A stretch of 64,000 bases of DNA from Thermoanaerobaculia bacterium (GCA_035498405.1 DATKAE010000032.1:35195-99194); one strand, 5' to 3'; positions 28,333 to 38,776 are shown, numbered from the stretch's first letter. Program-made: numbers and translations. The notes: generated by a model from the letters alone, not told the origin.

Positions 28333-29955
28333 ATGCGAATCGGTACCGTGCTCGCCGCGGTGTTGCTCGCGGCGGCAACCCTCTGGGCGCAGGAAACGCC
28401 GTCGCGGCTGGAGACGGAGGCCAAGCGCGCGTTCGACTCCGGTCTCTTCGCGGAAGCGGGCGACAAGTACTCCCGCGCCGCCCAGGCGGCCGGGCTGTCC
28501 GCCGACCGGCAGGCCAGTCTCTACCTGCAGGCCGCCTGGTCCTTCTACATCGGGGGCAACGGCAAGAACGCTCGCGAAGCGCTGCGCGCCGCGGTCAAGG
28601 CGAAGCCGACGCTCAACGTCGCGGGCGACTTGTACAGCCCCGATTTCGCGCGCCTCGCCCAGTCGGTGCGGTCGGAGGTGACGGGATCGAGCGACGCGGC
28701 GGTCGATCTCGCGGAGGTCAAGCGCGACGCCCGCGAGAAGCTCCAGCAGGGCAAGAGCGAGGAGGCCCTGGCCTCGCTCAAGCGGGGCGCAAGCGCCAAC
28801 GACCCCGAGCTCCACCGGCTTCTCGGAGAGACGTACGACCGTCTCGGCCGTCCCACCGACGCCGATCTCGAGCGAAAGCGCGCCTCGGACATCGAGCGCG
28901 GCCTGATCACGGCCAGTCCGATCGGCGGACCCGCTCCGCCCGGCTCCGCTCCCGTGACCGGGCCCGTTGCGGCGACGGCCTGGCTTCAATCGGCTGAAAA
29001 CCTTCTGCGCGCCGGCGACTCCCGCGGGGCCGAGGCCGCCGCACGCCGGGCGGCCGAGGCGGACACGCGAAACGCCGAGGCTCACGCGCTGCTCGGCGAT
29101 CTGCTGCTCGCCTCCGGGAAAGAGGCCGATGCGGAGCGGGAATTCACCGCAGCCGTCGCACTGGACGCCTCCAGCGCGCGCTCGCAGTACGGGCTCGCGG
29201 TTCTCGCCGAGCGGCAGGGCAAGTGGAACACGGCGGGGAGCCTCTATCGGCGCGCGCTCGACCTGAACCCGAACAACGTGGCCGCCGCGCTGGGGCTGGG
29301 GCGCTCGATGGAGGAGCTGAAGGACCTGACAGCCGCCCGTCTCGCCTACGGGCGCGCGATCGAAATCGACCCTTCTTCGGCCCCCGCGCACAACGACTTT
29401 GGCGTCTTCTTGTCGCGGTCGGGCGAGATCGACCGAGCGATCGAAGAACTGATCCAGGCGGTGCGGCTCGCCTCGACGCGCTCGGTCTTCCACGAGAATC
29501 TGGGCCGGGTTTACCGAAAGAAGGGCTCCTGGAAGGAGGCCGAGCGGGAGATGGCGGAGGCCTCGCGTCTGGCCCCCAACGAGATCGCGGTCTGGAACAC
29601 ACTCGGTGATCTTCGCCGAAAGTTGAAGAGACCCGAGGAGGCGGCGACGGCCTATGCCGCGGCGTTCAACATCGAACCCGGCAGCGAGGAGGCCGCTACG
29701 GGTTACGCGGCGTCGCTCTCGGAGTCGGGAAAGTTCGCGGAGGCCGAAGCCGTGCTCCGGAAGGCCATCGAGGCGCGGCCGGCTTCGGCGACTCTCTGGA
29801 ACAATCTCGGGGTGATGCGCGTCCGGCGCGCCTCTTACGCCGAGGCAATCGGCGCTCTCCAGAAGGCGCTCTCGTTGAACGCGGGCATGGCGGCGGCCGC
29901 CGCCAATCTGGAGCGCGCCGAGCAGCTGCTGGCGATCGAACGCGCGGGCGCCTAG
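28333..29955 (+). CDS. secreted tetratricopeptide-repeat protein
   Basis: ATG directly follows the kinase stop. Signal peptide MRIGTVLAAVLLAAATLWAQ is followed by multiple TPR units (AEAHALLGDLLLASGK..., GLGRSMEELKDLTAARLAYGRAIEIDP..., NNLGVMRVRRASYAEAIGALQKALSLN). Confidence 0.75.
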   Translation: MRIGTVLAAVLLAAATLWAQETPSRLETEAKRAFDSGLFAEAGDKYSRAAQAAGLSADRQASLYLQAAWSFYIGGNGKNAREALRAAVKAKPTLNVAGDLYSPDFARLAQSVRSEVTGSSDAAVDLAEVKRDAREKLQQGKSEEALASLKRGASANDPELHRLLGETYDRLGRPTDADLERKRASDIERGLITASPIGGPAPPGSAPVTGPVAATAWLQSAENLLRAGDSRGAEAAARRAAEADTRNAEAHALLGDLLLASGKEADAEREFTAAVALDASSARSQYGLAVLAERQGKWNTAGSLYRRALDLNPNNVAAALGLGRSMEELKDLTAARLAYGRAIEIDPSSAPAHNDFGVFLSRSGEIDRAIEELIQAVRLASTRSVFHENLGRVYRKKGSWKEAEREMAEASRLAPNEIAVWNTLGDLRRKLKRPEEAATAYAAAFNIEPGSEEAATGYAASLSESGKFAEAEAVLRKAIEARPASATLWNNLGVMRVRRASYAEAIGALQKALSLNAGMAAAAANLERAEQLLAIERAGA

Positions 29956-29964
29956 GTTCCCGTT

Positions 29965-30906
29965 GTGCGCCGGCCGGTGCTCCCACGCTCGTTCCTTGCG
30001 GCCGTCGTCGCGGTAATGGGCGCTGCGGGCTCACCGCCTGGGCCGACGCCGGGAGCGCCCGCGGACGTTTACCGATCCGAGATCGAGCAGTGGCGCGCTC
30101 GGCGGCTCGACCGCCTCCGCTCCGAGGGCGGGTGGCTCACGCTGGTCGGCCTCTTCTGGCTGGAACAGGGCAGGAACGCCGTCGGCGCGGACCCGGGCAA
30201 TCGAGTGGCTCTTCCTTCGGGCAAGGCCCGACCCTTCTTGGGCTCGCTCGACCGTGCGGGCGACACCGTCACCTTCCACGCGGCGCCCGGCTCGGGCGTC
30301 CTTTCGGAGGGCAAGCCTGCCACGGCAGTCTCGATGCGCTCCGACGCGGACGGCGACCCAACCGTCCTGACCGCGGGCTCGCTCTCCTTCTACGTCATCC
30401 GGCGGGGAGATCGGCTCGGCGTGCGCGTGAAAGACAGCGAGAGCGCAGCGCGTCGGAACTTCCACGGCATCGAGGCCTTTCCCATCGACCCGGCGTGGCG
30501 CGTCGAGGCGCGTTACGAGCCATACGATCCGCCGAAGTCGATCTCGGTTCCGAACGTATTGGGAACGGTCGATTCGGAATCCTGCCCGGGCGCGCTCGTT
30601 TTCGAGCTCCGGGGGAAAACCTACCGGCTCGACCCCGTGCTCGAGCAGGGCGAGACCGATCTCTTCATCATTTTCGGCGACCAGACCAATGGCAGAGAAA
30701 CCTATGGCGCCGGCCGATTCCTCTACGCCTCGCCTCCCGTCAACGGTCACACGGTGCTCGACTTCAACAAGGCCTACAACCCGCCTTGCGTCTTCACGCC
30801 CTACGCGACCTGCCCACTGCCGCCCGCGCAGAACAAGCTGCCTGTTTCCGTCGAGGCGGGCGAGAGGAGCTACGCCCACGGGGCGAAAGCCGGCTCCGCG
30901 CCCTAG
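29965..30906 (+). CDS. DUF1684-family protein
   Basis: Family hallmarks: FPIDPAWRV, FIIFGDQTNGRETYGAGRFLY, YNPPCVFTPYATCPLPP. Confidence 0.7.
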   Translation: MRRPVLPRSFLAAVVAVMGAAGSPPGPTPGAPADVYRSEIEQWRARRLDRLRSEGGWLTLVGLFWLEQGRNAVGADPGNRVALPSGKARPFLGSLDRAGDTVTFHAAPGSGVLSEGKPATAVSMRSDADGDPTVLTAGSLSFYVIRRGDRLGVRVKDSESAARRNFHGIEAFPIDPAWRVEARYEPYDPPKSISVPNVLGTVDSESCPGALVFELRGKTYRLDPVLEQGETDLFIIFGDQTNGRETYGAGRFLYASPPVNGHTVLDFNKAYNPPCVFTPYATCPLPPAQNKLPVSVEAGERSYAHGAKAGSAP

Positions 30907-30957
30907 TTCGCGGCGAACGAACACGACGAAACGGGGCGCGCCGCCTCGGCTTGCCGC

Positions 30958-31548
30958 TTACCGCAGAGCCTCGAGCAGCTCGGCGACGATTCGGGCCGTC
31001 GCGCCCCAGATGACCTGCTCCCCGTAGTGGTAGAAGAGGGCCGGTTCTTCCCGATCGGGAAGCCGGCGGATCTCGAGCACAGCGGGGTCGAGGAGCGCCG
31101 CCACGGGGACCTCCAGCACTTCTGCGATTTCGGCCTCGGCCGGACGGAAGACATAGGGCTGCGGGATCGCCGCGACGAAAGGCTCGACATAGAAATTCGT
31201 CACGGTCTCCAGGGGTGACAGACGCCCGAGCGCCAGCGCGTCCTCGGGGAGGATCCCGAGCTCCTCCTGGCTCTCGCGCAGCGCCGTGTGCCACAGGGTT
31301 TGATCCTCCGGCTCTTCGGCTCCGCCCGGAAAGGAGATTTGCCCCCGGTGGTGCTCGACCGACTCGGTTCGGCGAGTCAGGACGATCCAGAGGCCCGCCT
31401 CGCGAACGAAGAGCGGAATGAGAACGCCCGCCCGCCGAAACCCCTCCCGGGCCTCGAGAGGGGCCCGGACACGACGAGCGAGCCGCTCGCGAACCTGCTC
31501 CATCCAGCCGGCAAGTGCCGCCGGCGCCGGTGGCTCCCCGGCCCGCAT
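30958..31548 (-). CDS. Nudix hydrolase (CoA pyrophosphatase NudL-like)
   Basis: Nudix box GQISFPGGAEEPEDQTLWHTALRESQEELGI. Internal ATG at 31548 shares 1 nt with the prfB stop (TGATG). Confidence 0.75.
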   Translation of the reverse strand: MRAGEPPAPAALAGWMEQVRERLARRVRAPLEAREGFRRAGVLIPLFVREAGLWIVLTRRTESVEHHRGQISFPGGAEEPEDQTLWHTALRESQEELGILPEDALALGRLSPLETVTNFYVEPFVAAIPQPYVFRPAEAEIAEVLEVPVAALLDPAVLEIRRLPDREEPALFYHYGEQVIWGATARIVAELLEALR

Positions 31549-32667
31549 CAGCTCGCCGCCGCGCGCGAGGAATCCACGGCGGACTTGAGGTATGCCTCGA
31601 TGAAAGGCGTCAGGCCGCCGTCGAGCACGCGGTCGGTGTCTCCCGTTTCGTGACCCGTGCGGTGATCCTTGACCATCCGGTACGGGTGCAGAACGTAGGA
31701 GCGGATCTGACTGCCCCACTCGATCGCCTTCTTGTCGCCGACGCGCTTCTCCTCCTCCGCCCGGCGCTCATCCAACGCCTTCTGGTAGAGGCGTGCCCGA
31801 AGCACGCGCATCGCCATCTCGCGGTTTCGTCCCTGGCTGCGCTCGTTCTGGCAGGTGACGACGATCCCGGTCGGCAAGTGCGTGATGCGCACGGCGGAAT
31901 CGGTCACGTTGACGTGCTGGCCTCCGGCTCCGCTCGAGCGGTAGGTGTCCACCCGGAGGTCTTTGTCCGCGATGTCGATCTGGATGTCCTCATCGACCTC
32001 CGGCGAGACGTAGACGGAGGCGAAGGAAGTGTGGCGGCGCTTGGCGGCGTCGAAGGGAGAGATTCGGACCAGGCGGTGGACGCCCATCTCGCCCTTCAGG
32101 TAGCCGTAGGCATGGTCGCCGACGACGTGGAGTGTCGCGCTCTTGATGCCGGCCTCCTCGCCATCTTGCCGGTCGATCAGTTCCGCCTCCCAGCCGCGCG
32201 ACTCGGCAAAACGGAGGTACATGCGCAGCAGCATCTCGGCCCAGTCCTGCGACTCGGTGCCGCCCGCGCCCGGATGGATCATGACCCACGCATTCTTGGC
32301 GTCCTCGGGCGCGCCCATCTTGACGGCGAGCTCCAGCTCGTCGGCGAACGCCGCGGCGGCCCTCAAGGACTCGCGGGCGTCCGCGTCGGCGGGTTCGCCT
32401 TCCTTGAGCAGTTCGGCGAGGGTCTCGAGCTCGCCTCGCACCTCGTCGAGCCGGTCCGCCGTGTCGAGTTTCTTTTCCTCGGCCCGAGTCTGCCGCAGGA
32501 TCTCCTGAGCCTCCTCGGGCCGCGACCAGAACTCGGGGCTCGCCGCCTTCTCCCTCAGTCCGCCGAGCGCGCGCCGCGCCGCGTCTAGATCAAAGATAGC
32601 CTCGAAGCGAGCCGAGCCGCTCCGAGGCGCCGTGAAGGGCGGAGATGAGATCGTCCCGTTCGGTCAT
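31548..32667 (-). CDS. prfB: peptide chain release factor 2, expressed through a programmed +1 ribosomal frameshift (ORF0 32667..32593, then +1 shift and continuation 32591..31548)
   Basis: ORF0 encodes MTERDDLISALHGASERLGSLRGYL followed by in-frame TGA. The +1 frame continues DLDAARRALGGLREKAASPEFWSRPEEAQEIL... into the track ORF 31548..32441 (RF2 core with SPF and GGQ motifs: SGAGGQHVN). An SD-like GAGG lies a few nt upstream of CUU UGA, as in E. coli prfB. Confidence 0.9.
32589..32595 (-). other. prfB: prfB +1 programmed frameshift site (CUU UGA U) with upstream SD-like GAGG
   Basis: Minus strand reads ...CGAGGCUAU CUU UGA UCU..., near-identical to E. coli AGGGGGUAU CUU UGA C. ORF0 and the main ORF are offset by +1 exactly here. 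Confidence 0.8.
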
Positions 32668-34193
32668 GGTTGAGAGACGCGCTGCCGCTCCCGGTGCCAG
32701 CGCGCCAGACCGAAGAGTAGCACGGCCGAGGCGATGCCGTCGGCCAGTCGCGGAAGGAGATATCCCCATCGAGTCCACACGGTCTTCTGCTCGAAGACCC
32801 GGGCGGTTCCGCGGAGAATCCCCGGTCGATCGCGCGGCAGCTCCCTCTGAATCCTCCCCCGTTGGTCCACGATCCCCGAGACCCCGGTGATGGCGGCGCG
32901 CAGCAAGTAGCGTTTGGTTTCGATCGTGCGCAGGACAGCCCCCGCGAAGTGTTGCTCCTGAGCCCCGGCGCGCCCGTACCAGGAGTCGTTCGAGATGGTT
33001 ACGAGCAAGTTCGCCCCGAGCTCGCCCACCTCGATCCGAACGAGCGCCGAGTACAGGATCTCGTAACAGACCCCCACGCCGATACGGACGGAATTCTCAC
33101 CGAGGGTCGTGGGCCGCGGTGCGGCGGAGAACGCGCCGATTTCCGTCGAGACCTGTCGGACGAAGAAGAACACCTTCGGCAGCGGGACGTACTCCCCGAA
33201 CGGCACGAGGTGGACCTTTCGGTAGGGCCGGCCGACAGGGCCGCCGCGGTCGATCAAGCGCGCGACGTTGTAGTAGCGGTCCCCGGACTCCTGCTCGATG
33301 TCGTTGAAGAGGATCTCGCTCCCCTGCGCGATCTCGGAGAGGTCCCGGCGCAGGAGCGAGCTCCCCTCCCACGTGACCGGGAAAGCCGACTCCGGAATGA
33401 CGATCAGTGAGGGCTTCTCTCTGGCTGCGGCACGCGCCTGCCCGATCACCGCCGCGTAGATCTGCGCTTCGCTCCCGCCGAGCCGGGCCTCCTGGGAAAC
33501 GTTGGGCTGCAAGAGTGCCACGGGAAAGCCCGCATTCTCCGCGCCGCTCTCCGTTTCGGGGGCGGAGAGACGCAGGGCACCCGCGCCGCCGACGACCGCC
33601 GCGAGGCCGGCCGCCCAGATTAGCGGGGCGAGGCTCCGGCGAGTCACTGCGGCGGCAAGGAGGGCCGACACGGCAATCACGAGCGCACCGACGCCATAGA
33701 CACCCCAGAGGGAGGCCGACTGCAGCCAGATCGGGTGCCGGTAGAGCGCATGGCCCGCCAGGTTCCAGGGGAATCCGCCGTACACGAAAGAGCGCGCGTG
33801 CTCCGTCGCCATCCACAGCAAGGGAAAGGCCGCCAGCCTCCACGCCGAACCGGGCGGCGCCGCGGCAACCGTGCCCCAGGCGACCAGAGCCGGCCACTCG
33901 GCCAGGATCGCGGCGAGAATCAGGAGGCAGACGACACCCATCAATTCGCCCTGCCCGCCGTAGTGCGTGACGACGTAAACAATCCAGGGGATCGAAGCGC
34001 ACCAATAGGCCAGGCCGAACAGAAACCCCGACACGAGCGCCCGAGCCCGGCTTCGCTCTCCCGCGAGCGCCACGAGAAAGGGCACGGGGGCAAGGGGCAG
34101 GAGCAGGACCCACTCGACCGGCGGAAAGGCGAGGGAGAAGAGGAGCCCCGAGGCGACGCCGGCGACGGGCGTCCTCCACTTCCCCTGCGGCAT
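32664..34193 (-). CDS. lnt: apolipoprotein N-acyltransferase
   Basis: N-terminal polytopic membrane domain plus C-terminal CN-hydrolase domain (IVIPESAFP, YRKVHLVPFGEYVP, GVCYEILYS). Its stop overlaps the prfB ORF0 ATG (ATGA). Confidence 0.8.
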   Translation of the reverse strand: MPQGKWRTPVAGVASGLLFSLAFPPVEWVLLLPLAPVPFLVALAGERSRARALVSGFLFGLAYWCASIPWIVYVVTHYGGQGELMGVVCLLILAAILAEWPALVAWGTVAAAPPGSAWRLAAFPLLWMATEHARSFVYGGFPWNLAGHALYRHPIWLQSASLWGVYGVGALVIAVSALLAAAVTRRSLAPLIWAAGLAAVVGGAGALRLSAPETESGAENAGFPVALLQPNVSQEARLGGSEAQIYAAVIGQARAAAREKPSLIVIPESAFPVTWEGSSLLRRDLSEIAQGSEILFNDIEQESGDRYYNVARLIDRGGPVGRPYRKVHLVPFGEYVPLPKVFFFVRQVSTEIGAFSAAPRPTTLGENSVRIGVGVCYEILYSALVRIEVGELGANLLVTISNDSWYGRAGAQEQHFAGAVLRTIETKRYLLRAAITGVSGIVDQRGRIQRELPRDRPGILRGTARVFEQKTVWTRWGYLLPRLADGIASAVLLFGLARWHRERQRVSQP

Positions 34194-34198
34194 GCCGC

Positions 34199-35104
34199 TC
34201 AGACCGCCGGAGGACCCGCCGCGCGGGTCCATTCGCCCTGGGCCCGGTCCAGCGCCTCCTCCGCGCGGTAGGACGAGCGTACGAAGGGACCCGCGAAGAC
34301 GTGGCGGAAGCCGAGCCGTTCTCCGGCCTCGCGGTAGCGTTCGAAGACTTCCGGGGGCGCGTATTCCACGACCGGGAGGTTCTCACGCGAGGGCCGCAGG
34401 TACTGTCCGATCGTCACGATATCGACCCGCGCTTCTCGCAAGAGCGCCAATAGCTCCGCGACCTCCGCCGGCGTCTCCCCATGACCCAGCATGAAGCCCG
34501 ACTTGGTCGTCAACGTCGGATCCAGGATCTTCGCGGCGGAAAGCAGACCGAGCGAGCGCCCGAGGTTTGCGCCGCGCCGGACGCTCGGATAGAGACGCGT
34601 CACGGTTTCGACGTTGTGGTTGAAGACGTCGGGTCTCGCTTCGACGACGACGCGCAGCGAGTCGAAGCGGCCGCCGAAGTCCGGCGTCAACACCTCGACG
34701 CCCGGTGCGGGCGAGAGCCGGCGCAGCTCGGCGAGCGCCGACGCGAAATGCGACGCGCCACCGTCGGGAAGGTCGTCCCGGTCGACCGACGTCAGGACGA
34801 CGAAAGAGAGTCCCATGGCGCTTGCCGCGGCGGCCACACGGCCCGGCTCCAGGGGGTCGACCGGCGACGGCCGACCGGTCCGAATGTCACAGAAGCCGCA
34901 GGCCCGTGTACACACGTCGCCCAGCAAGAGAAAAGTCGCCGTCCCGCGGGAGAAGCACTCACCCCGGTTGGGGCAGCGCGCCTCTTCGCAAACGGTCGAC
35001 AGAGACCGCTGCCGCATCAGGCGCTTGACGTCGTGAAGGTCCGACAGACGCAGGCGCTTGGCCCGGATCCACTCCGGCGTTCGAAGTGGCGGCGTCGCGG
35101 TCAC
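34199..35104 (-). CDS. lipA: lipoyl synthase
   Basis: Radical-SAM CxxxCxxC (CTRACGFC) and N-terminal auxiliary-cluster cysteines (CEEARCPNRGECF). GTG start chosen at 35104 (GTGA overlap with the SPOR-protein stop). Confidence 0.85.
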   Translation of the reverse strand: MTATPPLRTPEWIRAKRLRLSDLHDVKRLMRQRSLSTVCEEARCPNRGECFSRGTATFLLLGDVCTRACGFCDIRTGRPSPVDPLEPGRVAAAASAMGLSFVVLTSVDRDDLPDGGASHFASALAELRRLSPAPGVEVLTPDFGGRFDSLRVVVEARPDVFNHNVETVTRLYPSVRRGANLGRSLGLLSAAKILDPTLTTKSGFMLGHGETPAEVAELLALLREARVDIVTIGQYLRPSRENLPVVEYAPPEVFERYREAGERLGFRHVFAGPFVRSSYRAEEALDRAQGEWTRAAGPPAV

Positions 35105-35742
35105 TGTCCTTCCCGCACAATCCACGTTTGCTTGAGTTTTTCCTTCCGGCGCAGCTTCTCCGCGGCGCGTTCGGCCTCCTCCTCGGCTCGATACGGTCCG
35201 ACTCGAACTCGAAACAGCCTGCCACTAGCGGTCTGGGCGGGAGCCAAGTGCGCGCGATAACCGGCTCGGGAGAGACGCCGGATCAAGGCGTCCGCTTCCT
35301 CTCGCGAGGTGAGCGAGGCCACTTGGACCCAGATGTTGCCGCCGGCCGAGGCCGCCCGGCCGGGTGTCGGGCTCCTGCCGGACGAAGGGGCAGCCGCTGG
35401 CGTCGGTCCTTCGGATCGATCCTCGAAGGCTCGAAGGACCGGCGGGGCCGTAGGCTCGGCCGTCGGTTCGGCCGTGCCCCCCAAGCGGTCCGACCCGCCC
35501 GGCGTCACGGAGGGAGCCGCTTCCTGCCCCGCAGCCCGTGAGCCCGCCGCCGCCTCGTCCGAGGGGATCGTCGGTGTCACGACCCCGGGAGCGGTCGCGG
35601 CGGCTCCCTTCACGCGCCCCGACAGCCCCGTCATCAGGCCGAAGAAGAAGGAAAGCCCGAGGGCAACGAGGCAGACGACGAAGAAGGCCATCGCCTGCTT
35701 TGCCGTAAAGGAGAGTTGGTAGTGGCTGCGCGGCTCCGGCAC
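35101..35742 (-). CDS. SPOR-domain membrane protein (putative cell-division/peptidoglycan-binding)
   Basis: N-terminal TM (AMAFFVVCLVALGLSFFFGL), Pro/Ala-rich linker, C-terminal SPOR domain (IWVQVASLTSREEADALIRRLSRAGYRAHLAPAQTASGRLFRVRVGPY). Confidence 0.7.
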   Translation of the reverse strand: MPEPRSHYQLSFTAKQAMAFFVVCLVALGLSFFFGLMTGLSGRVKGAAATAPGVVTPTIPSDEAAAGSRAAGQEAAPSVTPGGSDRLGGTAEPTAEPTAPPVLRAFEDRSEGPTPAAAPSSGRSPTPGRAASAGGNIWVQVASLTSREEADALIRRLSRAGYRAHLAPAQTASGRLFRVRVGPYRAEEEAERAAEKLRRKEKLKQTWIVREGQ

Positions 35743-35776
35743 GGAAAGAGTCTACAAGAGCGCCGCGCCCGATCCC

Positions 35777-36538
35777 TCACTTGTCCTTCGATATGAAGTG
35801 TCTCAGCAGCTCGATGGGCAGCGGGAACACGATCGTCGAGTTCTTTTCGTTGGCGATCTCGGTCAGGGTCTGCAGGTACCGAAGCTGCAGCGTCGCCGGC
35901 TGCTGTCCGATGATCTCCGCCGCCTCCGACAACTTGCTCGCCGCCTGGAACTCGCCTTCCGCGTGAATGATCTTCGCACGCTTCTCTCGCTCCGCCTCCG
36001 CCTGCTTGGCCATCGCGCGCTGCATCTCGGGCGGCAGGTCGACCTGCTTCACTTCGACCAGCGACACTTTCACGCCCCAGGGGCTCGTGTGCTCATCGAT
36101 GACCTTTTGGAGGGCCACGTTCAGCTTCTCTCGCTCGGAGAGGAGCTCGTCGAGCAACGCCTGTCCGAGGATGCTCCGCAGCGTCGTTTGCGCGAGCTGC
36201 GACGTGGCGTACAGGTAGTTTTCGACCTGAACCACTGCCTTGTTCGGGTCGACGACCCGGAAGTAAACGACGGCATTGACTTTCACGGACACGTTGTCCC
36301 GCGTGATGATGTCCTGCGTCGGCACATCGTGAACGACGGTTCGCATCGAGATCCGGACCATCGTCTCGAAGGGCCAGAAGATCAAGACGAGGCCGGGCCC
36401 CTTCGCGTCGCGCGAGAGGCGGCCGAGCCAGAACGTGACGGCGCGCTCGTACTCCTTCAAGACGTTGATCCATTTGAAGAGCAAGAGCAGCCCGATGAAT
36501 CCAGCAACGAGAAGGCCGGCGGGAAAAGAGGCGGGCAT
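35777..36538 (-). CDS. SPFH/band-7 (stomatin-like) protein
   Basis: N-terminal TM plus band-7 domain ([13 protein letters not shown]..., [23 protein letters not shown], coiled-coil C-terminus). The classic NfeD-stomatin pair sits upstream. Confidence 0.8.
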   Translation of the reverse strand: MPASFPAGLLVAGFIGLLLLFKWINVLKEYERAVTFWLGRLSRDAKGPGLVLIFWPFETMVRISMRTVVHDVPTQDIITRDNVSVKVNAVVYFRVVDPNKAVVQVENYLYATSQLAQTTLRSILGQALLDELLSEREKLNVALQKVIDEHTSPWGVKVSLVEVKQVDLPPEMQRAMAKQAEAEREKRAKIIHAEGEFQAASKLSEAAEIIGQQPATLQLRYLQTLTEIANEKNSTIVFPLPIELLRHFISKDK

Positions 36539-37839
36539 CACGTCCTCCGTTCGACTTGAAGCGTCAAGCCATCCACGCGCGCAACTGTCACCGATTCGCC
36601 GGGATGGAGGTCCGGCGGGCCCTTCGCGTCCCAATACTCCCCGTAGATCTGCACCCGCCCTTTGCCGTCAGCGAACTCCTCGACGACGCGGGCCGTCTCC
36701 CCGAGCATCCCGGCCACACCCGTCGACGCCGGGAGGCGCCGGAGCCGGACGGTCTTGGCGGTCAGCAGAGCCACGACGCCGATCGTGAGAACGAGCGAGG
36801 GGATTAGGATCCCGAGGTCCACCCGGTACGGCGAGCCCTCTCCACGGCCCGTAAAGAGAAGCAGCGAACCCGCGACGAGGGCGATCGAGCCGCCGACCGC
36901 CAGGAGGCCGTGGCTGACGATCTTGATCTCGGCCACGAAGAGGGCGATCCCGAAGATGATCAGGAAGATGCCCGCGAGATTCACCGGGAGCACCGAAAAA
37001 GCATAAAGCGCGAGGAGCAGCGAGATTCCGCCCACGATCCCGGGCAGGATGGCGCCCGGCGAAGAGAGCTCGAAATACAGCCCCACCAAACCGAGCAGGA
37101 AGAGAACGTAGGCCACGTTCGGGTGCGAAACGGCGCCGAGGAGCTTCTCGACGTCCCCCATCTCCCGCCTCTCGATGCGAGCATCGGCCAGCCGCAATGG
37201 CGAAGGCGGGCCGCCCACGCGCTTGACCTCGCGCCCGTCGAGCTGGCTGACGAGGTCGGTCGTGTTGCGCGCCAGGATCTCGATCAGCCCCGCCGCCTTT
37301 GCCTCCGTCTCGGTATAGGAGAGACTCTTGGATACCGCCGCCTCCGCCTTCTCGACGTTACGGCCCCTCTGCGACGCGAGGGTGCGGATGAAAGCCCGAG
37401 CGTCCTGCTCGGCCTTTTGGTTCAGCGTCTTCGGGAGTTCCTGTCCCTCGCCCGCGACCGGATGCGCTGCTCCCGTGTTGGTGCCGGGCGCCATGGCCGC
37501 CACGTCCCCCGCCAGAAGCAGGAAGAACCCCGCCGAAGCCGCCTGGGCACCGGAAGGGGCCACGAAGGTCACGACGGGTACTCGGGAGAGGAGGATCGCC
37601 GAGGTCATCTCTCGAGTCGAGGAGAAGAGCCCCCCGGGAGTCGATAGCTCGAGGACCACGACCGAGGCGCCATCGTGGTCGGCTTCGCGCAGCAGCTTGG
37701 AAAGATAGTTGGCGGCCGCGGGCTGAACCGGCGTGTCGACCCGGCCCACCCGGACGAGCGCAGGCGCGGTGTCTGCGGCAGGCCCAACAGCCGATGGCCA
37801 CAGAAGCAGGAGCGCGATCCCCCAGAGCCGGGATGGCAT
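36538..37839 (-). CDS. NfeD-family membrane-bound ClpP-class serine protease (STOPP)
   Basis: Signal/[21 protein letters not shown]; ClpP-like domain ([19 protein letters not shown]...[18 protein letters not shown]); C-terminal TM bundle and OB-fold. A 1-nt overlap couples it to the stomatin gene. Confidence 0.8.
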   Translation of the reverse strand: MPSRLWGIALLLLWPSAVGPAADTAPALVRVGRVDTPVQPAAANYLSKLLREADHDGASVVVLELSTPGGLFSSTREMTSAILLSRVPVVTFVAPSGAQAASAGFFLLLAGDVAAMAPGTNTGAAHPVAGEGQELPKTLNQKAEQDARAFIRTLASQRGRNVEKAEAAVSKSLSYTETEAKAAGLIEILARNTTDLVSQLDGREVKRVGGPPSPLRLADARIERREMGDVEKLLGAVSHPNVAYVLFLLGLVGLYFELSSPGAILPGIVGGISLLLALYAFSVLPVNLAGIFLIIFGIALFVAEIKIVSHGLLAVGGSIALVAGSLLLFTGRGEGSPYRVDLGILIPSLVLTIGVVALLTAKTVRLRRLPASTGVAGMLGETARVVEEFADGKGRVQIYGEYWDAKGPPDLHPGESVTVARVDGLTLQVERRT

Positions 37840-37900
37840 GGATCGGTGGACCAACGAAAGCGATTCTATCGTAGCGCGTCCTCGCGCTATAACTGGTGGC

Positions 37901-38776
37901 GTGCGCATACGCCCCTTGGAAGGGCTGAACCTCATCGCCCTCCTCACACTCTCTCTTCTGACCCTCGTCTTTTATTCGGAGTTGAAGGAACCCGGGGAGA
38001 TTCTTCTGCGCTTCGCGCTGATGGGCGCCTTCCTCGCTCTCGCCGTCTTTCTCGCGGGGCGTCTCGAGCGGCTGCCGACCGCCATTCGCGTCGCGGTGGA
38101 TTTCTATCCGGCCGCCTTCATCCCCCTGCTGTTCGAGAGCCTCGGCCCGCTGATCACGGCCGCCCGAGGCCATGCCCGCGACGAACTGCTGATCGCGGCA
38201 GACCGCGCGCTCTTCGGCACAGACGTGACGGTTTGGCTCGAGCGGCTCGTCCGGCCGTGGCTGACGAACCTCCTCTACGTCTGTTATGCCAGCTACTACT
38301 TCCTGGGTGTTTCCCTGGCCGCCCTTCTGTGGCGCCGAAACGTCGCCGATGGTCGTCGGTTCATTTTCACACTGTCCTTCTGCTACCTCGTCTCTTACGC
38401 CGGCTACTTCACCGTGCCGGCGCTCGGGCCGCGATTCGCCCTCGCTTCCGCCCAGAGCGTGACCCTCGAGACCACGCCGCTCTCACGCGCCATCTCCACG
38501 ACGATCAACGAGCTGGAGCGCACGAAGCTCGACGTCTTCCCCTCGGGCCACACGATGATCGCGACCGCCGTCCTCCTGGTCGCCTTTCGGCGCGATCGGA
38601 GGGCCTTCTGGTTCCTGCTGCCGATCGTGGTCGGGCTGATCGTCTCGACCGTCTACTGCCGATACCACTACGTCGTCGACGTGCTGGCCGGCCTCGCGCT
38701 GGCCGTCGCGACCGTGCCCTTGGGCGATCGGATCTATGACCGCCTGGCCGACTCGGGCGAGAGCTCCTTCTCATAG
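37901..38776 (+). CDS. integral-membrane PAP2-family protein (phosphatidic-acid-phosphatase-like; AUR1/IPC-synthase-like transferase candidate)
   Basis: Six predicted TM segments. PAP2 C2/C3 motifs FPSGHT and RYHYVVDVLAGLA are present. GTG start chosen at V57 of track ORF 37733..38776, because the upstream ATG would abut the divergent NfeD start. Confidence 0.65.
   Translation: MRIRPLEGLNLIALLTLSLLTLVFYSELKEPGEILLRFALMGAFLALAVFLAGRLERLPTAIRVAVDFYPAAFIPLLFESLGPLITAARGHARDELLIAADRALFGTDVTVWLERLVRPWLTNLLYVCYASYYFLGVSLAALLWRRNVADGRRFIFTLSFCYLVSYAGYFTVPALGPRFALASAQSVTLETTPLSRAISTTINELERTKLDVFPSGHTMIATAVLLVAFRRDRRAFWFLLPIVVGLIVSTVYCRYHYVVDVLAGLALAVATVPLGDRIYDRLADSGESSFS

Noticed and set aside
26407-29493. 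Minus-strand ORFs of 173 and 603 aa antisense to the kinase and TPR genes
   Set aside because: No domain content, Arg/Gly-rich; they overlap genes with strong motif support on the other strand.
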